The notes: generated from the sequence alone by a model not told the origin. Shown: positions 51,300 through 61,646, counted from the stretch's first letter. The stretch is 64,000 nt of DNA from a bacterium (GCA_963675755.2 CAXXMD010000002.1:1-64000), one strand, 5' to 3'. A program made the numbers and translations.

Positions 51300-52583
51300 A
51301 TGAAAAGGAAACTCACCTTGACGGTTGTTTGCGTTATGTTTGTAACAGGTTTGTATGCGCAATCCACTACATTGACATTACCTACATCAGATAATACCAG
51401 TAATTTCAATGTTGCAAATACCAGTGCAACTATTATGAATCTAAATGGGGATGCGGGATTTTATCTTGGTGGTACAGTGGGAACTGGTACAATTCCAATA
51501 GAAGGTGAAGGAGCCCGGTTAATGTGGTATCCCAAAAAATCCGCTTTCAGAGTAGGCTATGATTTGAATGACAACTGGAATGATACTGAAATTGGTGATT
51601 ATTCCGTTGCAATGGGGTATGATACTAAAGCCGGTGGCTTGGCTTCAACATCTTTGGGACTTGCTTCAAAAGCTGATGGAAATTATTCATGTGCAATTGG
51701 ATATAATGCAAATGCAACTGGTGATTATTCATTTTCTGTCGGTATAAGTTTAACCGCTAGCGGCTCTGTGGCTACTGCTTTTGGAGGAATGAATACTGCA
51801 AGTGGCAATGGTTCTTCTGTTTTTGGTGGATTTAATACTGCAAGCGGAGATTATTCTTTTGCTTTCGGGAATGCAAATACTGCAAGTGGCAATTATTCAA
51901 CAGTTACCGGATACACTTGTACTGCACAGGCATATGCTTCACTCGTTTTGGGACGTTATAATATTGTTGAAGGTACAACAGACAGTTGGGTCGATACGGA
52001 ACCCGTCCTGGTAGTTGGAAATGGAACCAGTACTTCTTCACGTTCAAATGCATTTACCTTGTTGAAAAACGGAAGTTTGACCATTGCCGGATCCTTGTCG
52101 CAGAATTCTGATCGCCGGTTAAAAACTGATATAGTACCGCTTTTCGATGCTTTATCCTCTATTGAACAGATCACACCGGTTTATTATAAATTCAAAGATA
52201 CAAAAAATCATCCGGCCAATCGCCAGATCGGTTTCATTGCACAGGAAATTGAGCCTTTTTATCCCGAACTGATTAGCAGAGATGCTAATGGTACACTCTC
52301 GGTGGACTATGGTAAAATGTCTGCGGTACTATTGCAGGCAATCAAGGAACAGCAGGTTTTGATAGCAGAAAAAAACAGTGAACTTGAATCAGCAAAGGCC
52401 AGAATTACGGAACTCGAGAAAACCCGGATAGAACAGAACAACCTTGCTTCGGCACAGCAAAATTCCATATCCGTTTTAACTGAAAAATTGGCTGCTATAG
52501 AAACGAAAATAAATGAAATTGAAAATTATTATTCTCAGATGAGTTATGCAGACATTTCATCGAAGGATGGAGCAGATAAATGA
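51300..52583 (+). CDS. Secreted fibre protein: YadA/Hep_Hag-like repeats + peptidase S74 intramolecular chaperone + coiled coil
   Basis: LMWYPKKSAFR, 14-aa A.G.YS.A.G..NT repeats, SDRRLK, IGFIAQE, SVDYGK, heptad tail. Confidence 0.85.
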   Translation: MKRKLTLTVVCVMFVTGLYAQSTTLTLPTSDNTSNFNVANTSATIMNLNGDAGFYLGGTVGTGTIPIEGEGARLMWYPKKSAFRVGYDLNDNWNDTEIGDYSVAMGYDTKAGGLASTSLGLASKADGNYSCAIGYNANATGDYSFSVGISLTASGSVATAFGGMNTASGNGSSVFGGFNTASGDYSFAFGNANTASGNYSTVTGYTCTAQAYASLVLGRYNIVEGTTDSWVDTEPVLVVGNGTSTSSRSNAFTLLKNGSLTIAGSLSQNSDRRLKTDIVPLFDALSSIEQITPVYYKFKDTKNHPANRQIGFIAQEIEPFYPELISRDANGTLSVDYGKMSAVLLQAIKEQQVLIAEKNSELESAKARITELEKTRIEQNNLASAQQNSISVLTEKLAAIETKINEIENYYSQMSYADISSKDGADK

Positions 52584-54034
52584 AAAAAACAGTATTAATT
52601 ATAATACTCTTGACCGTTCTGTTAATTGTTCCTTATGTTTCAAGTGCACATGGCCTGTCTGTTGGATCAGGTATGACCTTGTCTCTGGGCTCATCTGTAT
52701 TAAGTCTTGGTGGAGACTGGAACAATTCCGGAACTTTTACAGCGGGCTCTGGGACTGTAGTTTTTAGCGGTGCAAGCGGCAATCAAAGTATAGCAAATAG
52801 TTCCGGCGAGAATTTTTACAATATTACGGTTAACAAAGCAGCAGATGATGTGCAGCTTTTGAATGATATAACTGTTACAGGTACATTGACTGTCACCAGT
52901 GGTGATATGGACCTGAATAGTCATGTGCTTACATTGAGCGGTGCCGGTACACTGAGCGAATCAAGCGGTAATACTGTAAAGGGAACATCCGGATATATTA
53001 CCTGTTCTAGAGATCTTGACGGCCCGTCAGGAATAAATCCTCATGGCATTGGTGTATCTATAACCAGTGCGTCAAATTTGGGCGCCACAACTCTGGTCCG
53101 TGGTCATACTGCACAGACCGGAAAAGGGAATGAAAGTATTTTTAGGTATTTTATCATAACTCCTGCTGATAATTCATCCATTAACGCTACGCTTGTTTTC
53201 AATTATGATGAGAGCGAATTGAACAATATCACAGAATCAAAGTTGATTCCTTTTGAATCTGATGATGGCGGAAGCACATGGCTGCCAACAGTTGAAAGCT
53301 TATTGGACAGTGATGCAAATACCGTAACCATTAGCGGTCTGTCTTCGCTGTATCGTTACAGTCTTGCCTCATCCAATAATCCATTAGGGCAGAACACTGT
53401 CCGTGTACAGGCCAAAATTTTTCTTGAGGGTGATTATAATCCCGGCACACATGAAATGGATGCGACAATCAATGCAAATGTTCCTTTGATTTCTCCTTAT
53501 AGTGAGGATTCCCGTTTGGCAAGCGGAATTCCGGAAGCTATTGCTGACTGGGTTTTAGTACAATTGCGTTCAACCGCCGATGGTGAAGCTATTGCTTCAA
53601 AAAGTGCTTTGCTCCGCAAGGATGGCTGCATTGTAGCGGATGACGGGATTACCGAATATATCAATTTAACTGCCAATGCCGGTAGTTATTTTCTGATTGT
53701 GAAGCACCGTAACCATCTCGCTGTTATGAGTGATGAGGTACATGCATTAAGTGAAAGCAGTTCTACGCTTTACAATTTCACAGTTGATGAATCAGTCCCT
53801 TTTGATAAATATTTTGGTGGTGAAGCGGCCCAATTGGAAACCGGTATTTATGGTATGTTCTTAGGTGACACAAATAGCAGCGGCGGGGTGAATGCAACTG
53901 ATTATTTGACCATCAAGAACCAAAGTGGTGCATCGGGATATTATAAAGAAGATAGTAATATGAATGGTGTAGTCAATGCTACCGATTATCTGACCGTAAA
54001 AACTAACAGTGGGAAAACAACCCAGATCGAATAA
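52580..54034 (+). CDS. Secreted beta-helix protein with C-terminal dockerin-like domain
   Basis: GDWNNSGTF, KIFLEG, DWVLVQLR, HRNHL, duplicated Ca loops GDTNSSGGVNATD / DSNMNGVVNATD; start overlaps the upstream stop. Confidence 0.75.
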   Translation: MKKTVLIIILLTVLLIVPYVSSAHGLSVGSGMTLSLGSSVLSLGGDWNNSGTFTAGSGTVVFSGASGNQSIANSSGENFYNITVNKAADDVQLLNDITVTGTLTVTSGDMDLNSHVLTLSGAGTLSESSGNTVKGTSGYITCSRDLDGPSGINPHGIGVSITSASNLGATTLVRGHTAQTGKGNESIFRYFIITPADNSSINATLVFNYDESELNNITESKLIPFESDDGGSTWLPTVESLLDSDANTVTISGLSSLYRYSLASSNNPLGQNTVRVQAKIFLEGDYNPGTHEMDATINANVPLISPYSEDSRLASGIPEAIADWVLVQLRSTADGEAIASKSALLRKDGCIVADDGITEYINLTANAGSYFLIVKHRNHLAVMSDEVHALSESSSTLYNFTVDESVPFDKYFGGEAAQLETGIYGMFLGDTNSSGGVNATDYLTIKNQSGASGYYKEDSNMNGVVNATDYLTVKTNSGKTTQIE

Positions 54035-54053
54035 ATTGAAAAGGGAGATACTC

Positions 54054-55163
54054 ATGAAATTATTAAAACAATATTGTCTTTTATTTATATTTATGTGCAC
54101 CGCAATAGCCGCAGCAGGTGATGTTACCGTTTCTTTGAATGGAATTAATCCTTTGACAATTAATATCAAGGGCACGAGTACTAATCAAGAAGCTGGCAGT
54201 ATCAGTATTTATCTCTATTTTCGGGATGATGAAACCACCGATCTATTGATTGGAGATGTAAATGCAGGCCAGTTGGAATCAACCTGGGGATGGGGTACTA
54301 GCTTTCGTTCACAATCTATTCAATCCGGTGGTTGGTCAAAAGGAGGATATACATTTACAAGACGTTTGTATTATGATAATGTTGATCTTGGCGATCAGAA
54401 TGATTACTGGACTACTGAAGGGATTAACGCGATTGTTTGTACATTTACAACCGTTGGAAGTGGTCATGTATTTATTGAAGTCAATGGTTCAGACGGGCTT
54501 GCTGACTGGTCTGGTACTGCTCATAATGTATTGTATGCAAATCAGGATAAAACCTTACCGGTTGAACTGACTAGTTTTACTGCTGTTCCGGTCACTGAAG
54601 GGATTCAAGTAAACTGGGCTACTGAATCTGAAGATAATAATCTGGGTTTTGTTCTCGAACGTAAAACGAAATTGGAATCTGATTTCAGTATAATTGCGTC
54701 GTATAAAACAAATCCCGGGTTGGCTGGTAAAGGTACAGTTGCAACACACAATGATTATTTTTTTATTGATAATTCAATTTTTTCAGGAGATATATGTATT
54801 TATAGATTGTCTGATGTGAACAGTTGTGGAGTAAAATCTTGTCTGGGAACAATTCAGGCTATCGCTATCAGTGAAAAGTTACCGGATAAAACAGATTTGT
54901 TACCGGCCTGGCCAAATCCTTTTAATCCGGTCACAAATATTAAATACTCTTTAGCAACGGATGGAAATGTGAATCTTGTAGTGTATGACATCATGGGACG
55001 TGTTGTAACAACACTATTGCAGGAGAAACAACAAGCGGGTCAATATACATGCATCTGGAGTGGTACAACTGATGGGGGAGGTGCTGCTCCCAGTGGTGTA
55101 TATTTTATTCTATTAAGGACTGAAAATTTATCAAGATCACAAAAAGTGGTTCTGGTTAAATAA
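54054..55163 (+). CDS. Secreted protein with N-terminal beta-sandwich, LPVEL Ig domain and C-terminal sorting domain
   Basis: LPVELTSF, W.TESE.NN.GF, WPNPFNP, SGVYF, KVVLVK. Confidence 0.8.
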   Translation: MKLLKQYCLLFIFMCTAIAAAGDVTVSLNGINPLTINIKGTSTNQEAGSISIYLYFRDDETTDLLIGDVNAGQLESTWGWGTSFRSQSIQSGGWSKGGYTFTRRLYYDNVDLGDQNDYWTTEGINAIVCTFTTVGSGHVFIEVNGSDGLADWSGTAHNVLYANQDKTLPVELTSFTAVPVTEGIQVNWATESEDNNLGFVLERKTKLESDFSIIASYKTNPGLAGKGTVATHNDYFFIDNSIFSGDICIYRLSDVNSCGVKSCLGTIQAIAISEKLPDKTDLLPAWPNPFNPVTNIKYSLATDGNVNLVVYDIMGRVVTTLLQEKQQAGQYTCIWSGTTDGGGAAPSGVYFILLRTENLSRSQKVVLVK

Positions 55164-55281
55164 CGTTTTTGCTATTATCTGTAATTGTTTCCTGAAACAT
55201 CTTGATTATACAACGGGATGAATAGAATTTGGTTCACCCCGTTGTATAAAAGATTTATTTAAAGGTTAAAACTCGGGTATA

Positions 55282-55944
55282 CTAGGCTGAAATTACTGCC
55301 GATGGGCACAATTCTTTGATAGGGCAAATATCGCATTTGGGCTTACGTGCGTAACAAACATTACGTCCCAAATGGAGGAAATTCATGTGCAGGGAGTAGG
55401 ATTTACCCTTGGGAACCAATGGCTGCATCATGTGATGTGTTTTTTCGGCGGTGGCGTTTTCAGGTACAAGTCCCAACCGTTTGCATATACGATGGACATG
55501 TGTATCCACCGGAAAAATATCTACACCGCAAGTGAACATGAGCACAACGCTGACCGTTTTAATGCCTACGCCCTTGAGCTGAATGAATGTATCGATCACT
55601 TCTTGCGGGTTCATATCGCATAAAAAATCCAGGTCAAAGGTTCCATAGGTATCATATACCCAGCGTAACACATCTTTGATACGCACACTCTTTTGATTGC
55701 CGAGACCGGCAGGTCGTATGGCATCTGCAATTTCTGTTGCAGGTGCGTTCATGACAGCTTCCCAATCGTCAAAACGGTTTTTTAAGCGTTCATATGCCGT
55801 ATCACGGTTTTTATCGTTGGTACTTTGCGATAAAATGGTTAATATTAGGCTGCCCAAGGGTTTACCTCGACCCTCAAATTCAGGTATGCCAAAGGCATTT
55901 TCTAATCGTTCTGTAATCTGTTGTGTTTTTGTAATGGAGTCCAT
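55282..55944 (-). CDS. nth: Endonuclease III (HhH-GPD, 4Fe-4S)
   Basis: ILSQSTND, LKGVGIKT, PVDTHV.R, C.ARKPKCD.C..C. Confidence 0.88.
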   Translation of the reverse strand: MDSITKTQQITERLENAFGIPEFEGRGKPLGSLILTILSQSTNDKNRDTAYERLKNRFDDWEAVMNAPATEIADAIRPAGLGNQKSVRIKDVLRWVYDTYGTFDLDFLCDMNPQEVIDTFIQLKGVGIKTVSVVLMFTCGVDIFPVDTHVHRICKRLGLVPENATAEKTHHMMQPLVPKGKSYSLHMNFLHLGRNVCYARKPKCDICPIKELCPSAVISA

Positions 55945-55947
55945 TTT

Positions 55948-56418
55948 ATGAAGTTTCCTACAAAGTATATTACTACTGCAGCAATAATAGGCGCGCTTTA
56001 CGCGGCCCTGACTATAGTACTGGCACCCATTAGTTATGGTCCAATTCAGGTTCGTATATCAGAAGCGTTAACCGTATTACCGTTTCTGTTTCCACAGGCA
56101 ATCCCCGGATTGTTTCTGGGCTGCATGGTGGCCAATATCTTTGGCGGTTTTGGCCCTATTGATATTTTTGCGGGCAGTTTTTTAACGTTGGTTGCCGCCA
56201 TGTTAACCTGGTGGCTGCGACGTACCAACAAGCCATGGTTGGCTCCCTTGCCACCGGTGCTGGTTAATGCTTTTGGTGTTAGTGTATATGTTTCAATTTT
56301 GGCAGGTGTCCCATATTGGGTGTTGGTATTTCAAATCGGTTTGGGACAACTCGCAGCCTGTTACGGGCTGGGTCTGCCGTTGTTATACGCGCTTAAAAAG
56401 CGATTTAAACAAAATTGA
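55948..56418 (+). CDS. queT: QueT-family queuosine precursor transporter
   Basis: AALT..LAPISYGPIQVRISEAL, GLFLGC..AN, PPVLVNA. Confidence 0.85.
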   Translation: MKFPTKYITTAAIIGALYAALTIVLAPISYGPIQVRISEALTVLPFLFPQAIPGLFLGCMVANIFGGFGPIDIFAGSFLTLVAAMLTWWLRRTNKPWLAPLPPVLVNAFGVSVYVSILAGVPYWVLVFQIGLGQLAACYGLGLPLLYALKKRFKQN

Positions 56419-56716
56419 TTCTAGCTTCCGGGGGAAGCAGCTTCTTTATAGAAGACGCAAATTGTTGGTCTGTAATGCCTATCACAGCAACTTCTCTGTC
56501 AAATAATACTCTAAATTGTTGTTTATCTGCATATTCATATGCAGAGATTTTGACCGGTTTTCCAAACAGTTTGCTGATTTTGTCTGATGCATCTGTTGCA
56601 ATCAATAAAAGATAAACCTGGTTACGGTCTAATGCTTTTTGGACTGCCGATCTTCCGATAACAATTCTACCAGCTTTTTTGGCAAAACCAACCAAAGTAA
56701 AAATTTGATCATTCAT
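56405..56716 (-). CDS. ylxQ: L7Ae/L30e family RNA-binding protein (YlxQ-like)
   Basis: LVGFAKKAG.IVIG, LLIATDAS, VIGITD..FA. Confidence 0.8.
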   Translation of the reverse strand: MNDQIFTLVGFAKKAGRIVIGRSAVQKALDRNQVYLLLIATDASDKISKLFGKPVKISAYEYADKQQFRVLFDREVAVIGITDQQFASSIKKLLPPEARINFV

Positions 56717-56990
56717 TTTTTAATCCATTCAAAAGTTGAGATCCTGCATCCGTATTCAGATGTCTTCGCAGAGACCTCTCGAATGCCCTGGTTTTTACGG
56801 CTTTTTCCAGGCATGCCATATTATTACATATATACGCACCGCGTCCATTCATTTTCTGTGCAGTATCAGCGGTTAAATTTCCAGTATTATCGCTTACTAT
56901 TCTTAAAAGATTGTGTTTTTCCGTTTTACGTCGACATGCAATGCATGTTCGTTGCGGGATATGTTTCATTTCTGTTGACATCATATTCAC
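56709..56990 (-). CDS. ylxR: YlxR (DUF448/RnpM) RNA-binding protein
   Basis: PQRTCIACR..K..LLRIV, GRGAYIC...C. Confidence 0.9.
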   Translation of the reverse strand: MNMMSTEMKHIPQRTCIACRRKTEKHNLLRIVSDNTGNLTADTAQKMNGRGAYICNNMACLEKAVKTRAFERSLRRHLNTDAGSQLLNGLKNE

Positions 56991-57538
56991 CAGGGTTTTA
57001 CCAGTATTTCACGTACGCGAATATCAAAAAAACGGTTTGATGATTCTGCCGCTACTATCATTGCGGTATCTGCTCCTTTGGCGGTACCTGCTACTGTAAT
57101 AATATCACTGGGGGGGACCAGTCCGGCGTCACAGACCATTGCGGCCATTTCAATTCCCACTTTGACACCTTGACCTACCATGCGAAGAGATTTGTTAACA
57201 AGCTCTTCCTGAGAATAGCCAAATGATTTACGAATGGCTGAACCCTGGTTACGTAACACCATGGTACCGGTATGTACTGTGATCCCGGTTTTTATTAGTG
57301 TTTTCCGAATTTCATCATCAAATTGCTGTTCACCGCTTTTGGCAAAACCAGTATTGTGCGTAACAATGATTACTTTAACATCATCAGGCGAATGAAAATC
57401 CAATACTGCTTTTGCAGTATCACCTGTTGTAGATGCTATAACAATATATTCAATACCTTTTGATTTTGCTTCTTTGAAAGCAATTTCAATGGTTTGAGTT
57501 GTGTTCTCTGGTCCGCTTTTTTGAAAAGTAATGCTCAT
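56987..57538 (-). CDS. Stand-alone pyruvate kinase alpha/beta (C-terminal) domain protein
   Basis: GPENT, VIASTTG.TA, VTH, GQGVKV..E, GADTA. Confidence 0.85.
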   Translation of the reverse strand: MSITFQKSGPENTTQTIEIAFKEAKSKGIEYIVIASTTGDTAKAVLDFHSPDDVKVIIVTHNTGFAKSGEQQFDDEIRKTLIKTGITVHTGTMVLRNQGSAIRKSFGYSQEELVNKSLRMVGQGVKVGIEMAAMVCDAGLVPPSDIITVAGTAKGADTAMIVAAESSNRFFDIRVREILVKPW

Positions 57539-57758
57539 TATTCAATCTTGAAAATTAGTAAACATCAATGTAGTGTTTGTTGTTAATATTATCAAGTAAA
57601 ATACTATTTTGTCGACATTATGGGACACGTTTTAAATAATGTGTGGAGTAGAATATAGAATCCTAAAAAAAGTGTTGCTTTTAATGGACATTGTTTTTAC
57701 ATTCATAAAATTCAATAGGTTATATGCTATAATACGGTGTATATGACAGGATGCAAAC

Positions 57759-58892
57759 ATGTCCGATAACAAAATACCAGAGAATGGTCCTGTTTCAGAA
57801 CAGCAATTGCAAAATTCAGAATTACAGGCCCTTTTAAATTTTCAAACCGAAATTTTTAATTCATTGCCTGCCCACCTTGTTGTCATTGATGATGAGTATA
57901 ATATTTTAAATTATAATCAAGCTGTTGCTGAAATGGCAGGCAACAAGAGTGTTGTTGGCAAAAATCTTTTTGTTTCATTAGAGTTTTATCAGTCTGAAGC
58001 TTTGAACAAAGTTTTGACTGATTTTATTAATAGCAATAAAACAGTTATTCATATAACATTAGATCATCCACACAAGATGGGTGAAAAATATGTCCATTCT
58101 ATATCCAGATTAAAAGACATTGCTGGTCTGAAAGCTTTTCTGTTGCATTCGACATTGTATGATGGCCAAGACAACAATCAGCTAAATGATTTTATTCAGG
58201 ATAAATTTATAAGCCTTGGCGCTTTTGCCGGTAAAGTAGCGCATGATATAAATAATCCGCTATCAGTAATTCTTACACGAATCGATTTTTTACAATCTAT
58301 GGACCTGGAAAATGCCATTGAAGAGGGTGATGTTGAAATCGTTGAAGAGATAGGTATTATTCAACGCCAGGCTCAGAGGATTTTTGATATATTAGATAAA
58401 ATTGGTGCATTGCAGATGCATGCAAAAGAAGTACCGGCAGAATGTGATGTAACTGAAATTGTGACCCGTGCTGTTACCATTTCTGAATTTCAGCGTCCCC
58501 ATAAAACAGTGCATGCTGTTAAAGAGCTAACAGAAGGATTGCCCCGAATGGTTTGTAATGAAATAAAACTTGAACGGGCTATTAATGAATTGTTAAAAAA
58601 TGCATTTGAAGCGGTTAGTGAAAAGGGGGATGTATCTATTAAATTAACCTTTGAAGAACCTGAATACCGTCTTGAAATTAAAGACAGTGGTCCTGGAATA
58701 CCACCCGAAGATATCGGCAAGGTTTTTGATCCGTTTTTTACTACCAAACAAGGTGTAAAAGGAGCAGGTTTGGGATTAACAATAGCATATGCTGCCGCAC
58801 TTGCTCATAATGGTCGTATTGAAATAAATAGTGTTCCCGAATCAGGTACAACCATGACCCTGGTTTTGAAACGTAATTCAGTAAATGAATAA
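57759..58892 (+). CDS. PAS sensor histidine kinase (NtrB-like)
   Basis: AHDINNPL, NAFEA, DSGPGI, PFFTTK, GLGL. Confidence 0.92.
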   Translation: MSDNKIPENGPVSEQQLQNSELQALLNFQTEIFNSLPAHLVVIDDEYNILNYNQAVAEMAGNKSVVGKNLFVSLEFYQSEALNKVLTDFINSNKTVIHITLDHPHKMGEKYVHSISRLKDIAGLKAFLLHSTLYDGQDNNQLNDFIQDKFISLGAFAGKVAHDINNPLSVILTRIDFLQSMDLENAIEEGDVEIVEEIGIIQRQAQRIFDILDKIGALQMHAKEVPAECDVTEIVTRAVTISEFQRPHKTVHAVKELTEGLPRMVCNEIKLERAINELLKNAFEAVSEKGDVSIKLTFEEPEYRLEIKDSGPGIPPEDIGKVFDPFFTTKQGVKGAGLGLTIAYAAALAHNGRIEINSVPESGTTMTLVLKRNSVNE

Positions 58893-58929
58893 CCAACAGG
58901 TTTTATATAAACATAAAGGTTGATTGTAG

Positions 58930-59985
58930 ATGTCAACAGTAATAGCCAATGATAAGCATGTTTCGGGTTTAATTCTTGAATTAGATCCAAAGCAGGCTGT
59001 TGAATCATTCTCTGGATCTCTTGAAAATTGTGATTCACTTTTGAGTGATATAAAGCCCGGTATGTCTTTGTCTGAAGCGTTAAAACGTCTTTGGAATGTT
59101 GATATTGAAGACATGTGTAACGATGCTTATCTGCATGGTAGAACTGCCAGTTATGAAATTCCTGTTCAGTGCAATACAGTTCAACATTGGTATTTAATTA
59201 CTGCATCACCCCGTGTAAGCAATCAAATAATAAATGGCGTATCCCTGAATGTTAGAGATAATACGCTTGTCAAACGAAATGAACGTCAGTTATTACTGCA
59301 CGATAAAATGGGGAATATTGCGCTGCTTGCGTCTCAGGTTGCACACAAGCTCAACAATCCTTTGGCAGCGGTATTGAACCATGTTGGTAGTTTGCTGGTA
59401 ACTGATTTGAGCGATGAGAATCTATTCAGAGTCAAGAGTAAACTGGAATTGATGCAGGAACAGATATATTCCATGTCTGTGATTACCAATGCACTCGTGG
59501 CATTCAGTAAAGAATCCGGAGTAAATTTTAGGTCTCTGGATGTAAATGAGATTGTTCAAAAATCAGTTGAACTGTCTCATTTACTTCAAATAAAGAGTAA
59601 CATCACATACCACGTAACGTTGTTACCCAATTTACCCCAAGTTTTGGGAAATGAAATTACGCTTGAACAAAGTTTTATTAATATCATTCGAAATGCCCTG
59701 GAAGCAATGCCGGATGGAGGTGAATTTACAATTACCACCAATTTGGATCCGCTTTCGAATGATTATATTTGTGTCTCTTTTCAAGATACAGGTTATGGTA
59801 TTGAAAAACAGTATCAGGATCAGGTTTTTGATCCATTTTTCAAGACCAAAGATGAAAATCATTCTGGTTTGGGTTTATCAATAAGCTATGGTATTATTGC
59901 AAATCACAACGGAAGTATTGAATTTAACAGTGAACCGGATAAAGGTACAAAAGTAACTGTACTCTTGCCGGTAAACCGTAAATAA
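58930..59985 (+). CDS. Second NtrB-like histidine kinase
   Basis: AHKLNNPL, NALEAM, DTGYGI, PFFKTK, GLGL. Confidence 0.9.
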   Translation: MSTVIANDKHVSGLILELDPKQAVESFSGSLENCDSLLSDIKPGMSLSEALKRLWNVDIEDMCNDAYLHGRTASYEIPVQCNTVQHWYLITASPRVSNQIINGVSLNVRDNTLVKRNERQLLLHDKMGNIALLASQVAHKLNNPLAAVLNHVGSLLVTDLSDENLFRVKSKLELMQEQIYSMSVITNALVAFSKESGVNFRSLDVNEIVQKSVELSHLLQIKSNITYHVTLLPNLPQVLGNEITLEQSFINIIRNALEAMPDGGEFTITTNLDPLSNDYICVSFQDTGYGIEKQYQDQVFDPFFKTKDENHSGLGLSISYGIIANHNGSIEFNSEPDKGTKVTVLLPVNRK

Positions 59986-60005
59986 AATGTTAAAGGAATA
60001 AACAC

Positions 60006-61436
60006 ATGAGTGATATAAACAACTCGGATTCTAACAAGTTGTTAATAATTGATGATGACAAGAGCGTACTGGATTCCATTGTATCTTTATTAAAAAATTC
60101 AAACTATCAATGTTTAACTGCACCTTCAACCGCTGCCGGTGTGAATCTTATAAAAACAGAACAGCCCCTGGTTGTTTTAACCGATCTGAAAATGGAACGA
60201 GATTCATCTGGTATTGAGGTGCTTGAAGAAGCCAAAAAAATTGATCCTGAGCTGGTGGTTATTCTTTATACAGCGTATGGCAATGTTCCTGCTGCTGTAG
60301 ATGCGTTTAAAAAGGGTGCTTTTGATTTTATACAAAAAGTTCAAACCCACCATGATATTCTGGTACCCATAGATCGTGCTTTTAAATTTGCCCGTATTCA
60401 GCGGGAAAATGCGTTTTTGCGCAGCAGGGTAGATCTTACTGATGACGGCAGTTTTTATGGCGCAGTGGGTACAAGTCCTACAATCCGTGAGGTTTTTGAA
60501 ACAGTCAAACGCGTTGCTCGTACCAATGCAACCGTTATGATTACCGGTGAAACCGGTACGGGAAAAGAAGTAATTGCCCGTGGATTGCATTATCACAGTC
60601 CACGTCAGAGCGAATCTTTTGTACCCGTAGCTGTTGGCACATTACCAGACAATCTGCTTGAAGGTGAATTGTTTGGACATGTTAAGGGTGCTTATACCGG
60701 TGCAACTACTGATAAACCCGGTCTGTTTGAAGCAGCAGACAAGGGAACAATCATGCTTGATGAGATTGGCGAAGTCAGTATCGAAATGCAGCACAAATTA
60801 CTGCGCGTCATTCAGGAACGTACTGTTAGAAGACTGGGAAGTGTAAAAGAACGTGATATTGATGTTAGAATTATCAGTGCAACCAACCGTGATCCTGAAG
60901 AATTGGTAAAAGCGGGTAAATTACGCGAAGATCTTTTTTATCGATTAAATGTGATCCACATCCACATTCCGCCATTGCGCGAGCGCAAAGAAGATATACC
61001 CATTCTAGCTTATCATTTCCTTAAAAAATATCGGGATATTGGTGTAGTAGAAGTTGAAAAGATTTCAAATGAAACTTTACTCTTGTTGCAGGAATATGAG
61101 TGGCCGGGTAATGTAAGACAGTTACAGGGAACAATGGAGAGAATGGTAGCATTGGCCGGCAGGCCTGAACTTCGTCCTGAAGATTTACCAGATAAAATAC
61201 GTCCTACAACCAAACGTGTTTATGTAGATACAAATGAAGAACTGGATTTTAAAACTGCCAAAGCTCGTATTACTGAAGCGTTTGAAAAACAATATATTGA
61301 AAATTTACTGGACAAGTATAACAACAACATCACCAAGGTTGCGGATGCTGCCGGTTTAAATAGAAAAACTATATATCGATTAATTGACTCCCGGAATATT
61401 AAATTCAGAGGAGTTCGAGAAGATGATGACGATTAA
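60006..61436 (+). CDS. Sigma54-dependent response regulator (NtrC/AtoC family)
   Basis: Receiver IIDDD/TD/K; GETGTGKE, ELFGH.KGAYTGA, WPGNVR; Fis-type HTH. Confidence 0.95.
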   Translation: MSDINNSDSNKLLIIDDDKSVLDSIVSLLKNSNYQCLTAPSTAAGVNLIKTEQPLVVLTDLKMERDSSGIEVLEEAKKIDPELVVILYTAYGNVPAAVDAFKKGAFDFIQKVQTHHDILVPIDRAFKFARIQRENAFLRSRVDLTDDGSFYGAVGTSPTIREVFETVKRVARTNATVMITGETGTGKEVIARGLHYHSPRQSESFVPVAVGTLPDNLLEGELFGHVKGAYTGATTDKPGLFEAADKGTIMLDEIGEVSIEMQHKLLRVIQERTVRRLGSVKERDIDVRIISATNRDPEELVKAGKLREDLFYRLNVIHIHIPPLRERKEDIPILAYHFLKKYRDIGVVEVEKISNETLLLLQEYEWPGNVRQLQGTMERMVALAGRPELRPEDLPDKIRPTTKRVYVDTNEELDFKTAKARITEAFEKQYIENLLDKYNNNITKVADAAGLNRKTIYRLIDSRNIKFRGVREDDDD

Positions 61437-61631
61437 TTGATATTGCAAAGAGGGTTTTCATTACATACCCAGGGGGATATGTACTTTACACCACAGTTAT
61501 TTTTATTTAGTGGCCTGCGGGCAACACATCTCGGCTAGAAAAAATGATAATTTTAAACTTTTCTACTTTTTGCCCCCTGTAAGTGTTTGTTTTTAATTAA
61601 AATAGAAAAATGGTAATTTGTGGCGATTTAC

Positions 61632-61646
61632 TGGCATGAAACTTGT
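61632..61646 (+). promoter_or_regulatory. Putative sigma54 promoter (variant -12)
   Basis: TGGCATGAAACTTGT, versus consensus TGGCACG-N4-TTGC. Confidence 0.5.

Noticed and set aside
51300-52583. S74 tail-fibre gene as evidence of a prophage
   Set aside because: Has a Sec signal peptide; no integrase, capsid, terminase or tail genes nearby.
61479-61538. 19-aa ORF MYFTPQLFLFSGLRATHLG after AGGGGG
   Set aside because: SD spacing of only 2 nt; the region is more plausibly enhancer DNA for the downstream sigma54 promoter.
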